DNA from: Bacillota bacterium
GTDB lineage: Bacteria > Bacillota > Clostridia > Acetivibrionales > DTU013
Direction of reading: 5' to 3'
Length of the DNA stretch: 64,000 nucleotides
Assembly: GCA_023433505.1 (NCBI GenBank)
Contig: JAEZCO010000015.1
Location: forward strand, 48,896-112,895
How positions within the stretch are numbered: position 1 is the first letter of the stretch; each line of letters opens with the position of its first letter. Shown here piece by piece: positions 19,568 through 27,995 of the stretch. The position numbers and the translations under genes are program-made. The notes beneath the pieces are model-generated. The model was not told the origin of the DNA and did no database searches. It saw only the letters and a program-made list of their open reading frames with translations.

Positions 19568-19652
19568 ACTTCCCGTATAGATTTCTGAAATGCAGTCTTG
19601 GAGCGCCGGCATTACCAGAAAAACGGGAAGTAATATTTGCAGTACTCCTAAA
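19568..19652 (+). repeat. interspersed repeat R1, copy A (extended about 85-nt version; core 19625-19652 GGGAAGTAATATTTGCAGTACTCCTAA)
   Basis: near-identical to copy B over about 85 nt; abuts the stop codon of the convergent minus-strand gene. Confidence 0.5.
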
Positions 19653-20789
19653 TTATCTAAAGGCATTCAGAAACCTGTTCAAATTCCACATGGACCGGAC
19701 CAATACCGGGCTGTCTTTGATGATATTGCGGGAGGCCAGCCGGTTAAGGCCAAAGCAGGCCCGCGGATCCGAGAGATAAATTACGGGCAGCGCCTGAACC
19801 AAAGCCTTATGAATGCTTGAATCCGGCAAATGCATACAGCTTTCCAGAGATTTTCCGGCAAGGAATCGGATTCTTTCTTCACATTGCCGCAGGTTCTGAT
19901 AGAAATCGGTCAAATTCATACGGCCTGTCATAGTATCTTCTCTTGCGCTTACATAATAATGAAGTATTTTGTGATATGCGCATATCCAGGGCATGTAGGT
20001 ACTTTCCATCCTGTTGACGGTTTCTTCGGTTAGCTCCGGGTTCATAGCCGAAACATACATTGCGCATATTCCAAGAAGTGAATCGGCAGACGCTGCAAAC
20101 TCCCAGAAAGAAATTTCCGGAAATTGTCTTATATAATACTCCGACCACATCCGCAAATTCTCCCGCCGGGTTTTCAGAGGCTGATACCTGCAGGATTGAT
20201 ATTCAATATATAGTTTTGCATATTTTCTCATTTTGCCGGTAATCCGTTTGTACTTCGGAAGTGCGGAAATTTTTTGCCGGCATCTGTCACTCAATTTTTT
20301 CAGGTATGCGGTTATTTCCATGTCGCTGTAAAAACCGGAGTTAAAAACCGGCGGCATGTCCGGGTCCATGGAATCGGAAAGAGGAAGATATAGTTGCTGT
20401 ATCTGGCTGATATCGGTCAGTTCCCTGGCTTCCAGCATATTGTCAAGAGAATTGCATAATGCATGGAGAGAAACGGCAAACTCGACATAGTCCGAAACAG
20501 CTTTGTCATTTTGAGAAATCAGCACACCGGAGCACCGCAGGTCGTTCATCCTGCAGACCGCGTGTATCTTGTCCCTTTTAGCTTTGGGATCTCTCAAAGC
20601 TGCGGGTATCAGGGCCTCAGTACCGGTCAAGCATTTTTTGACCTCTGGCATTACCTTTAAATAATAACCGCAGACGGATTTGAGTTTATCGGCTGCAAAT
20701 CGATTTTCCACGGCTTCACCCCCAGTCATTTGTAACGGAATACAATATCTTATTGTATATATGCCTGCATATTTGAATTTATGTTCCAA
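19653..20789 (-). CDS. hypothetical 378-aa protein (possibly DUF2600/YtpB-like; unverified)
   Basis: clean ORF; the weak resemblance to the tetraprenyl-beta-curcumene synthase family is from memory only. Confidence 0.45.
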   Translation of the reverse strand: MEHKFKYAGIYTIRYCIPLQMTGGEAVENRFAADKLKSVCGYYLKVMPEVKKCLTGTEALIPAALRDPKAKRDKIHAVCRMNDLRCSGVLISQNDKAVSDYVEFAVSLHALCNSLDNMLEARELTDISQIQQLYLPLSDSMDPDMPPVFNSGFYSDMEITAYLKKLSDRCRQKISALPKYKRITGKMRKYAKLYIEYQSCRYQPLKTRRENLRMWSEYYIRQFPEISFWEFAASADSLLGICAMYVSAMNPELTEETVNRMESTYMPWICAYHKILHYYVSAREDTMTGRMNLTDFYQNLRQCEERIRFLAGKSLESCMHLPDSSIHKALVQALPVIYLSDPRACFGLNRLASRNIIKDSPVLVRSMWNLNRFLNAFR

Positions 20790-20914
20790 ATCTCCTTGAA
20801 AAAATCATTTTCAAACGTTATAGTAGTATTTGTAGTATTTTGCCGGGGCAGGACGGTTTGCCCCTACCATTACAGCAGGATTTAAAAGCGAGATTATTTG
20901 AAGGAGGCCAAACA

Positions 20915-22987
20915 ATGGAAAGCAAGACTTTTTATATAACCACGCCGATCTATTATCCCAGCGACAAGCTGCATATAGGTCATTCCTATACAACGGTGGC
21001 AGCCGACGCCATTTCCAGATACAAAAGACTCAGAGGCTATGATGTAATGTTTCTTACCGGCACCGACGAGCATGGGCAGAAAATACAGAGAAAAGCTGAA
21101 GCAAAGGGGATTACGCCAAAACAATATGTGGATGAAGTTGTCTCCGGAATAAAAGATTTGTGGAAGCTGATGAACATAACCAACGACAGGTTTATCCGGA
21201 CTACGGACCTTCACCATGAGGCCGGAGTGCAGAAAATATTCAAAAAACTCTATGATCAGGGCGATATTTATAAAAGCGAATACGAGGGCTGGTACTGCAC
21301 CCCCTGCGAATCTTTCTGGACAAAGACGCAGTTGGTGGACGGGAAATGTCCGGACTGCGGAAGAGAAGTGGAGCTGACCAAGGAAGAAAGCTATTTTTTC
21401 AAGCTTTCCAGGTACCAGGACCGTTTGATCCGCCATATTGAAGAAAATCCTGAATTCATCCAGCCCGTATCAAGGCAGAATGAAATGCTGAATAATTTTC
21501 TCAGGCCCGGTCTTGAGGATCTGTGCGTATCCAGAACCACCTTCAACTGGGGAATCCCGGTAAGCTTTGACGACAAGCATGTGGTCTATGTCTGGATTGA
21601 CGCCCTTTCCAACTATATAACCGCCCTGGGCTACGGCTCGGAGGATGACTCCGTTTATAAAAAATACTGGCCTGCGGAGGTACAGTTGGTGGGCAAGGAA
21701 ATCGTCAGGTTCCACACGATTATCTGGCCCGCCATGCTCATGGCTTTGGGCGAGCCGCTGCCGAAGCAGGTATTCGGACACGGATGGCTGCTGCTGGAAG
21801 GCGGAAAAATGTCAAAATCCAAAGGCAACGTGGTGGATCCTGTCATTTTGATCCAAAAATACGGGCTGGATGCGGTAAGGTATTTCCTGCTGAGAGAAGT
21901 ACCCTTCGGGTCGGACGGCGTATTTTCCAATGAAGCCCTGATCAACAGAATTAATTCCGATCTGGCCAATGACCTTGGAAATTTGGTCAGCAGGACTGTT
22001 GCCATGATTGACAAGTATTTTGGCGGAGTTATACCGAAGGAGCGCAGGGAAGGTGATTTTGACGGCGAGCTGAAAAGAGTGGTTATGGAAATGCCTGCAA
22101 AGGTGGAAGAACTCATGGACCAGCTTCAGTTCAGCACTGCCCTTACCGAAATATGGAAAGCCATTTCAAGAACCAATAAATATATTGATGAAACCATGCC
22201 CTGGGTACTTTCCAGAAATGAAGCCGACAAACCCAGACTGGCGGCAGTAATGTATCATCTGGCAGAGAGCCTCCGGATCATTTCCATCCTGCTTCAGCCC
22301 TTTATGCCGGAAACTCCCCTGAAAATATGGGACCAGCTTGGTATCAGCGGATGCGGGGAAGCTCTGGACTGGGAAAGCGCAAAGAAGTGGGGCGGCTATC
22401 CGGAAGGTACAGCAGTCAAAAAAGGAGATGTAATCTTTCCAAGGATCGACATAAAGAAAGAGCTGGAGGAAATAGAAATGATGACAGCTGGGATGCAGGG
22501 GCGAGCAGCAGGCACTGCCTGCGACCAGCCCAAAACTGCAGAAACGCCGGCGCAAGCGCCAAACCACGGAGCTGATGCGGAAAGCAAGGCGCCGGCTTCA
22601 AAAGCAGGCAATCCGGTGAAAGCTGCGGAGCCGCCCAGACAGGAAAACCAGGAAGCAGGGGCCGGCTTGATTTCCATTGATGATTTTGCCAAAATCGACC
22701 TCCGGGTTGCAAAGGTACTGGAAGCGGAGAAAGTGGAAGGGACCGACAAGCTGTTAAAGCTGAAGCTGGAACTGGGGAATGAAATACGGCAGGTGGTTTC
22801 AGGCATTGCAAAGCACTACTCGCCGGAAGCAATGGCGGGCAAATATGTGCTGCTGGTTGCAAATCTGAAGCCCGTGAAGCTGAGGGGGATAGAATCCCAG
22901 GGAATGATCCTGGCGGCGTCGGATGACCGGAGCCTTGTGCTTGCATCTCTGGACGGTTTCATTGAAAGCGGCTCCAGAGTGAGGTGA
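20915..22987 (+). CDS. metG: methionine--tRNA ligase with C-terminal tRNA-binding (EMAP/Myf) domain
   Basis: MESKTFYITTPIYYPSDKLHIGHSY (HIGH), KMSKS motif, CxxC zinc knuckle, C-term Myf domain; AAGGAGG RBS before ATG 20915. Confidence 0.9.
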   Translation: MESKTFYITTPIYYPSDKLHIGHSYTTVAADAISRYKRLRGYDVMFLTGTDEHGQKIQRKAEAKGITPKQYVDEVVSGIKDLWKLMNITNDRFIRTTDLHHEAGVQKIFKKLYDQGDIYKSEYEGWYCTPCESFWTKTQLVDGKCPDCGREVELTKEESYFFKLSRYQDRLIRHIEENPEFIQPVSRQNEMLNNFLRPGLEDLCVSRTTFNWGIPVSFDDKHVVYVWIDALSNYITALGYGSEDDSVYKKYWPAEVQLVGKEIVRFHTIIWPAMLMALGEPLPKQVFGHGWLLLEGGKMSKSKGNVVDPVILIQKYGLDAVRYFLLREVPFGSDGVFSNEALINRINSDLANDLGNLVSRTVAMIDKYFGGVIPKERREGDFDGELKRVVMEMPAKVEELMDQLQFSTALTEIWKAISRTNKYIDETMPWVLSRNEADKPRLAAVMYHLAESLRIISILLQPFMPETPLKIWDQLGISGCGEALDWESAKKWGGYPEGTAVKKGDVIFPRIDIKKELEEIEMMTAGMQGRAAGTACDQPKTAETPAQAPNHGADAESKAPASKAGNPVKAAEPPRQENQEAGAGLISIDDFAKIDLRVAKVLEAEKVEGTDKLLKLKLELGNEIRQVVSGIAKHYSPEAMAGKYVLLVANLKPVKLRGIESQGMILAASDDRSLVLASLDGFIESGSRVR

Positions 22988-23128
22988 CAGGGCTGGATCA
23001 AATTTCCTTGTTGAATAGCGGTTTATCATATATAATGAAATGAGAGCAAACAAGCGGGACATACCTTTATGCAAGAAACACAGGCGGCCGGACAAGGTGT
23101 GTCCCTGCCCATTTGATAGGAGTGAAAA

Positions 23129-23896
23129 ATGTTTTTCGATTCCCATGCACATTATTATGACGAGCAATATAACCCGGATAGGTATGAAGTACTGAAAAAA
23201 GCCCATGACAGCGGAGTGGACTATATTCTGTCCGCCTCTTCCGATGTTGCCTCTGCGATTGAAAACATCTCTCTCGCCCGTCAGTTTGATTTTGTTTACG
23301 CGGCAGTGGGGGTTCATCCTCACAATGTTATTGATATAAATAATAATATATTCTCTGCATTGGCTGACTTTGCGGCATTTCCCAAGGTAGTGGCCATTGG
23401 TGAGATCGGACTGGATTATTTTTACGACAATACTCCCAGGGAGGCGCAAAAGATTGCCTTTGCCAAGCAGATTTCCATGGCGGTGAATTTGAAGCTTCCC
23501 ATCATCGTTCATGACCGGGACGCCCATGAAGACACGATGACAATTCTTAAAAATGAAAATGCAAAAATAACCGGCGGAGTCCTTCACTGCTTTTCCGGCA
23601 GTGTTGAAATGGCAAGAGAGGTTTTAAACAACAATTTTTATATTTCCGTAGGCGGGACCGTGACATTTAAAAATGTAAGAAAGCTGGTGGACGTGGTCAG
23701 ATATGTACCCGACGACAGGCTTATGATCGAAACCGATTGCCCTTATCTTACACCTGAGCCCTTCAGAGGTAAAAGGAACGATTCCAGCTATATCCGCTAT
23801 ACTGCCAGTAAAATAGCAGAGATAAAAGGCACCACAGTGGAGGAGATCGCCCGTATCACCACTGCAAATGCCAAGAGGCTCTTTAACATCGATTGA
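23129..23896 (+). CDS. tatD: TatD-family metal-dependent DNase/hydrolase
   Basis: MFFDSHAHY... and conserved His/Asp/Glu TIM-barrel motifs; follows metG as B. subtilis yabD. Confidence 0.85.
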   Translation: MFFDSHAHYYDEQYNPDRYEVLKKAHDSGVDYILSASSDVASAIENISLARQFDFVYAAVGVHPHNVIDINNNIFSALADFAAFPKVVAIGEIGLDYFYDNTPREAQKIAFAKQISMAVNLKLPIIVHDRDAHEDTMTILKNENAKITGGVLHCFSGSVEMAREVLNNNFYISVGGTVTFKNVRKLVDVVRYVPDDRLMIETDCPYLTPEPFRGKRNDSSYIRYTASKIAEIKGTTVEEIARITTANAKRLFNID

Positions 23897-23913
23897 GTTA
23901 AGGAGGGTCAAAT

Positions 23914-24612
23914 ATGAAAAAACTTGTTTTAATTATGGTGTTTGTCTTACTGATGGCATTGTTCATTGCGTTCAATTATTTGCTCTGGGACCGGGAGAGC
24001 AAGGTCAATGAGCTTAAGAGCCTCGAGTATAACAATGCCAGCTACCTTGCCGATATTACCTCACAAAGCAGGGATATCAAGCGTCTTGAAAATGAGAACA
24101 ACGAATATATTTCCGATATCTCAAAACTGGAAAAAGAGAAGGAACAGCTGGCGCAAAAGAATCTGCAGTTGGAAAGCGATAAAAACCAGGAAACTGGGAA
24201 GACCGGGCACAAAATTGATATTATCAATATTCTCAAGCAGAGTGTGGACATCAAACTGTTTGGAGCTGTCGTTGAAAAGTGGGTTGAAGCCGTCAGTACG
24301 GGAAATTATCCCGAAGCGTACCGGCTGGAGTATGATAAGGCCTCCTTGCAAAGCAAACAGCCAAGCCTGGAAGATTATACAAATGCATTAAAAAGCAATG
24401 TAAAAAGCATAAAGCTCAAAGAGCTGATTTTAGAGAAGGAACAGGGGAAGGCCGAAGGGGAGATTATCCTGAAAGCCGCACTCGAAGTGAAGCTGACTGA
24501 AAAGCCGGAGCAGGATTTTACCAGATTTGCCGACGGTCTTAATGAAATGAAGTTCAAGTTGGATTATGATGCCGCATTAAATGAATTTTACATCCTGGAA
24601 ATAACGGAATAG
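23914..24612 (+). CDS. membrane-anchored coiled-coil protein (hypothetical)
   Basis: N-terminal TM helix, then heptad-like Leu/Glu/Lys-rich region. Confidence 0.5.
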   Translation: MKKLVLIMVFVLLMALFIAFNYLLWDRESKVNELKSLEYNNASYLADITSQSRDIKRLENENNEYISDISKLEKEKEQLAQKNLQLESDKNQETGKTGHKIDIINILKQSVDIKLFGAVVEKWVEAVSTGNYPEAYRLEYDKASLQSKQPSLEDYTNALKSNVKSIKLKELILEKEQGKAEGEIILKAALEVKLTEKPEQDFTRFADGLNEMKFKLDYDAALNEFYILEITE

Positions 24613-24628
24613 TTAAATACCGGTGCAA

Positions 24629-24709
24629 CCGTATAGGTTTCTGAAAACGCAGTCCATTGCAGCCTACCTTTTCTGAAAAACGAAAAGTAATATTTGCAGT
24701 ACTCCCAAC
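24629..24709 (+). repeat. interspersed repeat R1, copy B (extended version; core 24683-24709)
   Basis: CCGTATAGGTTTCTGAAAACGCAGTC...GAAAAACGAAAAGTAATATTTGCAGTACTCCCAA, parallel to copy A. Confidence 0.5.
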
Positions 24710-24821
24710 CAATGAAATTGCCGCCGTAGTGCCGATTCACATAAAAACTAGGCACATAATATGTTGGTAACCATATACTGATACTATAGATCTGGTTAAC
24801 ATAGTACGGAGGAGTTTTTAT

Positions 24822-25448
24822 ATGAAAGAAAATAACAATATGGGTACAATGCCTGCAACCCAGAACATGCCGAACAACATGGGCACAATGCCTGCAACGC
24901 AAAAGATGCCCAACGATATGGGCACGATGCCTGCACAGAAGATGCCAAACGATATGGGGACAATGCCTGCAACGCAGAAGATGCCTAACGATATGGGCAC
25001 GATGCCTGCATCACAGAAGAAGCCGATGGACATGGGCACGATGCCTGCATCACAGAAGATGCCGATGGACATGGGCACAATGCCTGCAACCCAGAATATG
25101 CCGATGAACATGGGCATGATGCCAACCCAGAATATGCCGATGAATATGGGCATGATGCCTGCGACACAAAATATGCCAATGAATATGCCGGAAACCATGC
25201 CCGCGCAAACCATGCCGTACATGATGCCTCAGATGCCGATGGTGTGCTGCCCGTATATCATGAATACACAGTGTCCCATGCTTTACAGTCAGGGAATGAT
25301 GAATGCAATGAACCCCATGATGAGTGGTGTCAGTCCTGCCATGATCGGCCCCAATATGGGCGGCGTCAGCCCTGCAATGTACGGAGCGAATCCGAATATG
25401 AGCGGATTGAGCCCCATGACCGGCATGAATGGTCAGTTTCCATATTAA
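24822..25448 (+). CDS. Met/Pro-rich tandem-repeat protein (about 25% Met), probable spore coat/surface protein
   Basis: about 9 tandem copies of MGTMPATQKMPND (36-39 nt DNA unit), then M/P/G-rich tail with CC..C...C. Confidence 0.55.
   Translation: MKENNNMGTMPATQNMPNNMGTMPATQKMPNDMGTMPAQKMPNDMGTMPATQKMPNDMGTMPASQKKPMDMGTMPASQKMPMDMGTMPATQNMPMNMGMMPTQNMPMNMGMMPATQNMPMNMPETMPAQTMPYMMPQMPMVCCPYIMNTQCPMLYSQGMMNAMNPMMSGVSPAMIGPNMGGVSPAMYGANPNMSGLSPMTGMNGQFPY
24841..25200 (+). repeat. in-frame 36-39-nt tandem repeats (about 9 units) within the Met-rich CDS
   Basis: repeating ATGCCTGCAAC(G/C)CAGAAGATGCC(A/G)A(A/T)(C/G)(G/A)ATATGGGCAC(A/G) visible directly. Confidence 0.6.
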
Positions 25449-25700
25449 TAACCAAACAGAAGGTTAGGGCAGGTGGGTCACTACCTGCTTTTGCTTTAAC
25501 GGTACAGTAAATTTAACCAGGCTCTTTATTTTCAAAATTGCATCCCCTTTTGCCGCTTCGGCGGGAAATGAATAATGTTTCCGTTTTGTGTGTATAATTG
25601 CCATGTAAGGGTACTTTATGGTAATAGATTTGACAAAAATTCCATTTTCGCATACAATATCTAGCAGTCCCTTATTAGTATTTTAACAGGAGGTTTTGGT

Positions 25701-26762
25701 TTGAACCCACTTGCGAAAAATATTAAAAGGTTTTTTTCGATCAAGGAAATAGCAATTTTACTGATTGCCGTTATTGTTTCTGTCTCTGCAGGGCTTGGAG
25801 TATTCATGTTCCTGAAAAAGGACGTCATCATCAATGACAATGGAAGCCGGCTGGTGTTCAAAACCATGAAAAGCACCGTGGGCGAAACCCTGGAACAGAG
25901 CAATATCAGTATCTCTCCGGATGACTATATCAGTATGTCTCCGGACACTGTACTACAAAGGATGAAAGTGAATGAAATCATTATAAAAAGGGCAGTACCC
26001 GTGAATATTCTGTCCGATGGGACTGAGACCCGGCTGATGACCTACAGGGATACGGTAGGAGAGGCTCTTGCCGCAAGCCCGGTGAAACCGGAAGGCCTTG
26101 ACAGGCTGAAGGGTGTGGAGTCCGGAGACAGAATAGAAGCGGGAATGTACATCAGGATCATAAGGGTGAAGGAAAGTATCGTTAAGGAAAATGAATCCAT
26201 CCCTTATCAGACCCTTAAAAGAGAAAATGCCCGACTTGACAAGGGGACGGAAAAAGTTGTCAAGAAAGGCGAGGAAGGAACACGCGAGAAGCAGTATAAA
26301 GTCGTTACCGAAGACGGGAAGCAGGTTCTGCGCCAGCTGGTCAAAGATTCAGTAGTGCTTGCCCCCATCAACATGATCATGGAATTCGGTACGGTTTTAA
26401 ACCACAAAACAACCAGAGGAGATACCGTAAGGTATAAAAAAGTGCTGGATATGAAGGCAACGGCCTATACGGCATCCTTCAAGGATACCGGCAAGCATCC
26501 CGGCGATCCGGGATTTGGTATAACAAGGTCGGGAATACGCGCTAAAAAAGGTGTGATCGCCGTTGATCCGAAGGTTATACCTCTTGGGACCAGGGTATAT
26601 GTTGAAGTAGCCGGAAATACACCGGATTATGGGTACGCATTGGCAGCCGATACCGGGGGCGCAATCAAGGGTAACAAGATTGACCTGTATTTCGACGATC
26701 AGGGGTACGTCAACGCCTGGGGCTCAAAGAAGGTAAAGGTTTATATCCTGCTGGATGAATAG
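25701..26762 (+). CDS. yabE: YabE-like cell-wall protein (DUF348 - G5 - 3D domains)
   Basis: N-term TM helix, G5-like middle, C-terminal 3D domain (DTGGAIKGNKIDLYFD); TTG start with AGGAGG RBS. Confidence 0.7.
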   Translation: MNPLAKNIKRFFSIKEIAILLIAVIVSVSAGLGVFMFLKKDVIINDNGSRLVFKTMKSTVGETLEQSNISISPDDYISMSPDTVLQRMKVNEIIIKRAVPVNILSDGTETRLMTYRDTVGEALAASPVKPEGLDRLKGVESGDRIEAGMYIRIIRVKESIVKENESIPYQTLKRENARLDKGTEKVVKKGEEGTREKQYKVVTEDGKQVLRQLVKDSVVLAPINMIMEFGTVLNHKTTRGDTVRYKKVLDMKATAYTASFKDTGKHPGDPGFGITRSGIRAKKGVIAVDPKVIPLGTRVYVEVAGNTPDYGYALAADTGGAIKGNKIDLYFDDQGYVNAWGSKKVKVYILLDE

Positions 26763-26873
26763 GATATAAGCTCAAATAAAACAATATTATAGGGGACTGA
26801 AACTTGTGCCGGGGTATAAAAGCTCCGGCAGCTTTATTTTGATTTCGGACAGTGTGTAAAGGAAAACGTTTTT

Positions 26874-27728
26874 ATGGATACAAGGACAGCGATAAAAAAA
26901 TTTAATATAAGGCCCACCAAATCCCTCGGTCAGAATTTTCTGAATGATGATGCCATCATAAGTCATATTGTTGATGCCGCCGGTATCGGAAGCGGAGATC
27001 TTGTGATTGAAATAGGACCCGGCCTCGGGAGTATGACAGCTGAGCTGGCTGCCAGAGCGGGAAGGGTGGTTGCCGTTGAGATTGACAAACACCTTATGCC
27101 GGTTTTGAAGGAAAATCTAAAGGAGTTTCCCAATGTGACCCTCCTGAATAGGGATATCATGAAGGTGGATATCAGAAAAGAAATATTGGAAATGGCAGAG
27201 CTGGCAGATTCGGGGTTTAAGCCCGACAAGATCAGAGTGGTTGCAAACCTGCCTTATTACATCACCACGCCTGTGATAATGAAGCTGCTGGAGCAGGAGC
27301 TTCCTACGGAATGCATGGTCTTCATGGTACAGATGGAGGTCGCAGACAGAATGGCTGCCGGACCCGGAGGCAAGGAGTATGGTGCCCTTTCGGTTGCAGT
27401 CCAGTTTTATTCAAAGCCATACAAGCTGTTCAAGGTATCGCCCCATAGCTTTATTCCGCAGCCGGGAGTGGAGTCGTCGGTAATAAGGCTGGATATTTAC
27501 AAGACGCCTCCGGTTCAGGTACTTGACCGGAAAATGTTTTTTAAAACGGTAAAATCGGCCTTTGGCCAAAGAAGGAAGACCTTGATCAACGCCCTGTGCA
27601 ATGCCGGGTGTTTCAACAAAAGCAAGGATGAAATCAGGGAGCTACTGAAAAATCTCGGAATTGAAGAAAATCAAAGAGGCGAGACTCTTTCGCTGGAACA
27701 ATTTGCCCAATTGTCAAATTCACTTTAG
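26874..27728 (+). CDS. rsmA: 16S rRNA (adenine1518/1519-N6)-dimethyltransferase
   Basis: LGQNFL motif, SAM-binding IEIGPGLG, NLPY motif. Confidence 0.85.
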   Translation: MDTRTAIKKFNIRPTKSLGQNFLNDDAIISHIVDAAGIGSGDLVIEIGPGLGSMTAELAARAGRVVAVEIDKHLMPVLKENLKEFPNVTLLNRDIMKVDIRKEILEMAELADSGFKPDKIRVVANLPYYITTPVIMKLLEQELPTECMVFMVQMEVADRMAAGPGGKEYGALSVAVQFYSKPYKLFKVSPHSFIPQPGVESSVIRLDIYKTPPVQVLDRKMFFKTVKSAFGQRRKTLINALCNAGCFNKSKDEIRELLKNLGIEENQRGETLSLEQFAQLSNSL

Positions 27729-27960
27729 GAGCACCGGAAATATTCCTTCCGGTTTTTTTCTGGGGAATGAAGCGCCCAAGCCTAGTTCCACGGAAAAGAT
27801 TATCCGAAGTTATATTTTGGCGAGTCCTGAGGAAGCATTTCCCATCGGACTGCATATACATATATTATGCATGTGCGGGAGTTTAAGCACAGGTGAAAAT
27901 GTTACCTCTCCTATGAGCTTCTAAAAGGCCGCCCGGTAAGGCGGGCACCTTCAGAGAAAC

Positions 27961-27991
27961 GGAGAAGTACTTTTTTCCGTGCTCCTAAGAG
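27961..27991 (+). repeat. diverged R1-like motif (GGAGAAGTACTTTTTTCCGTGCTCCTAAGAG)
   Basis: partial match to the R1 core immediately upstream of the 476-aa gene start. Confidence 0.25.
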
Positions 27992-27995
27992 GGGG

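Noticed and set aside
19625-19652. R1 repeat as chromosome dif (XerCD) site
   Set aside because: Multiple copies per 64 kb and poor match to Firmicute dif consensus (ACTTCCTAGAATATATATTATGTAAACT).
22416-22946. Several 130-260-aa minus-strand ORFs inside metG and downstream (22166-23587)
   Set aside because: Overlap the strongly supported metG and tatD reading frames. No RBS.
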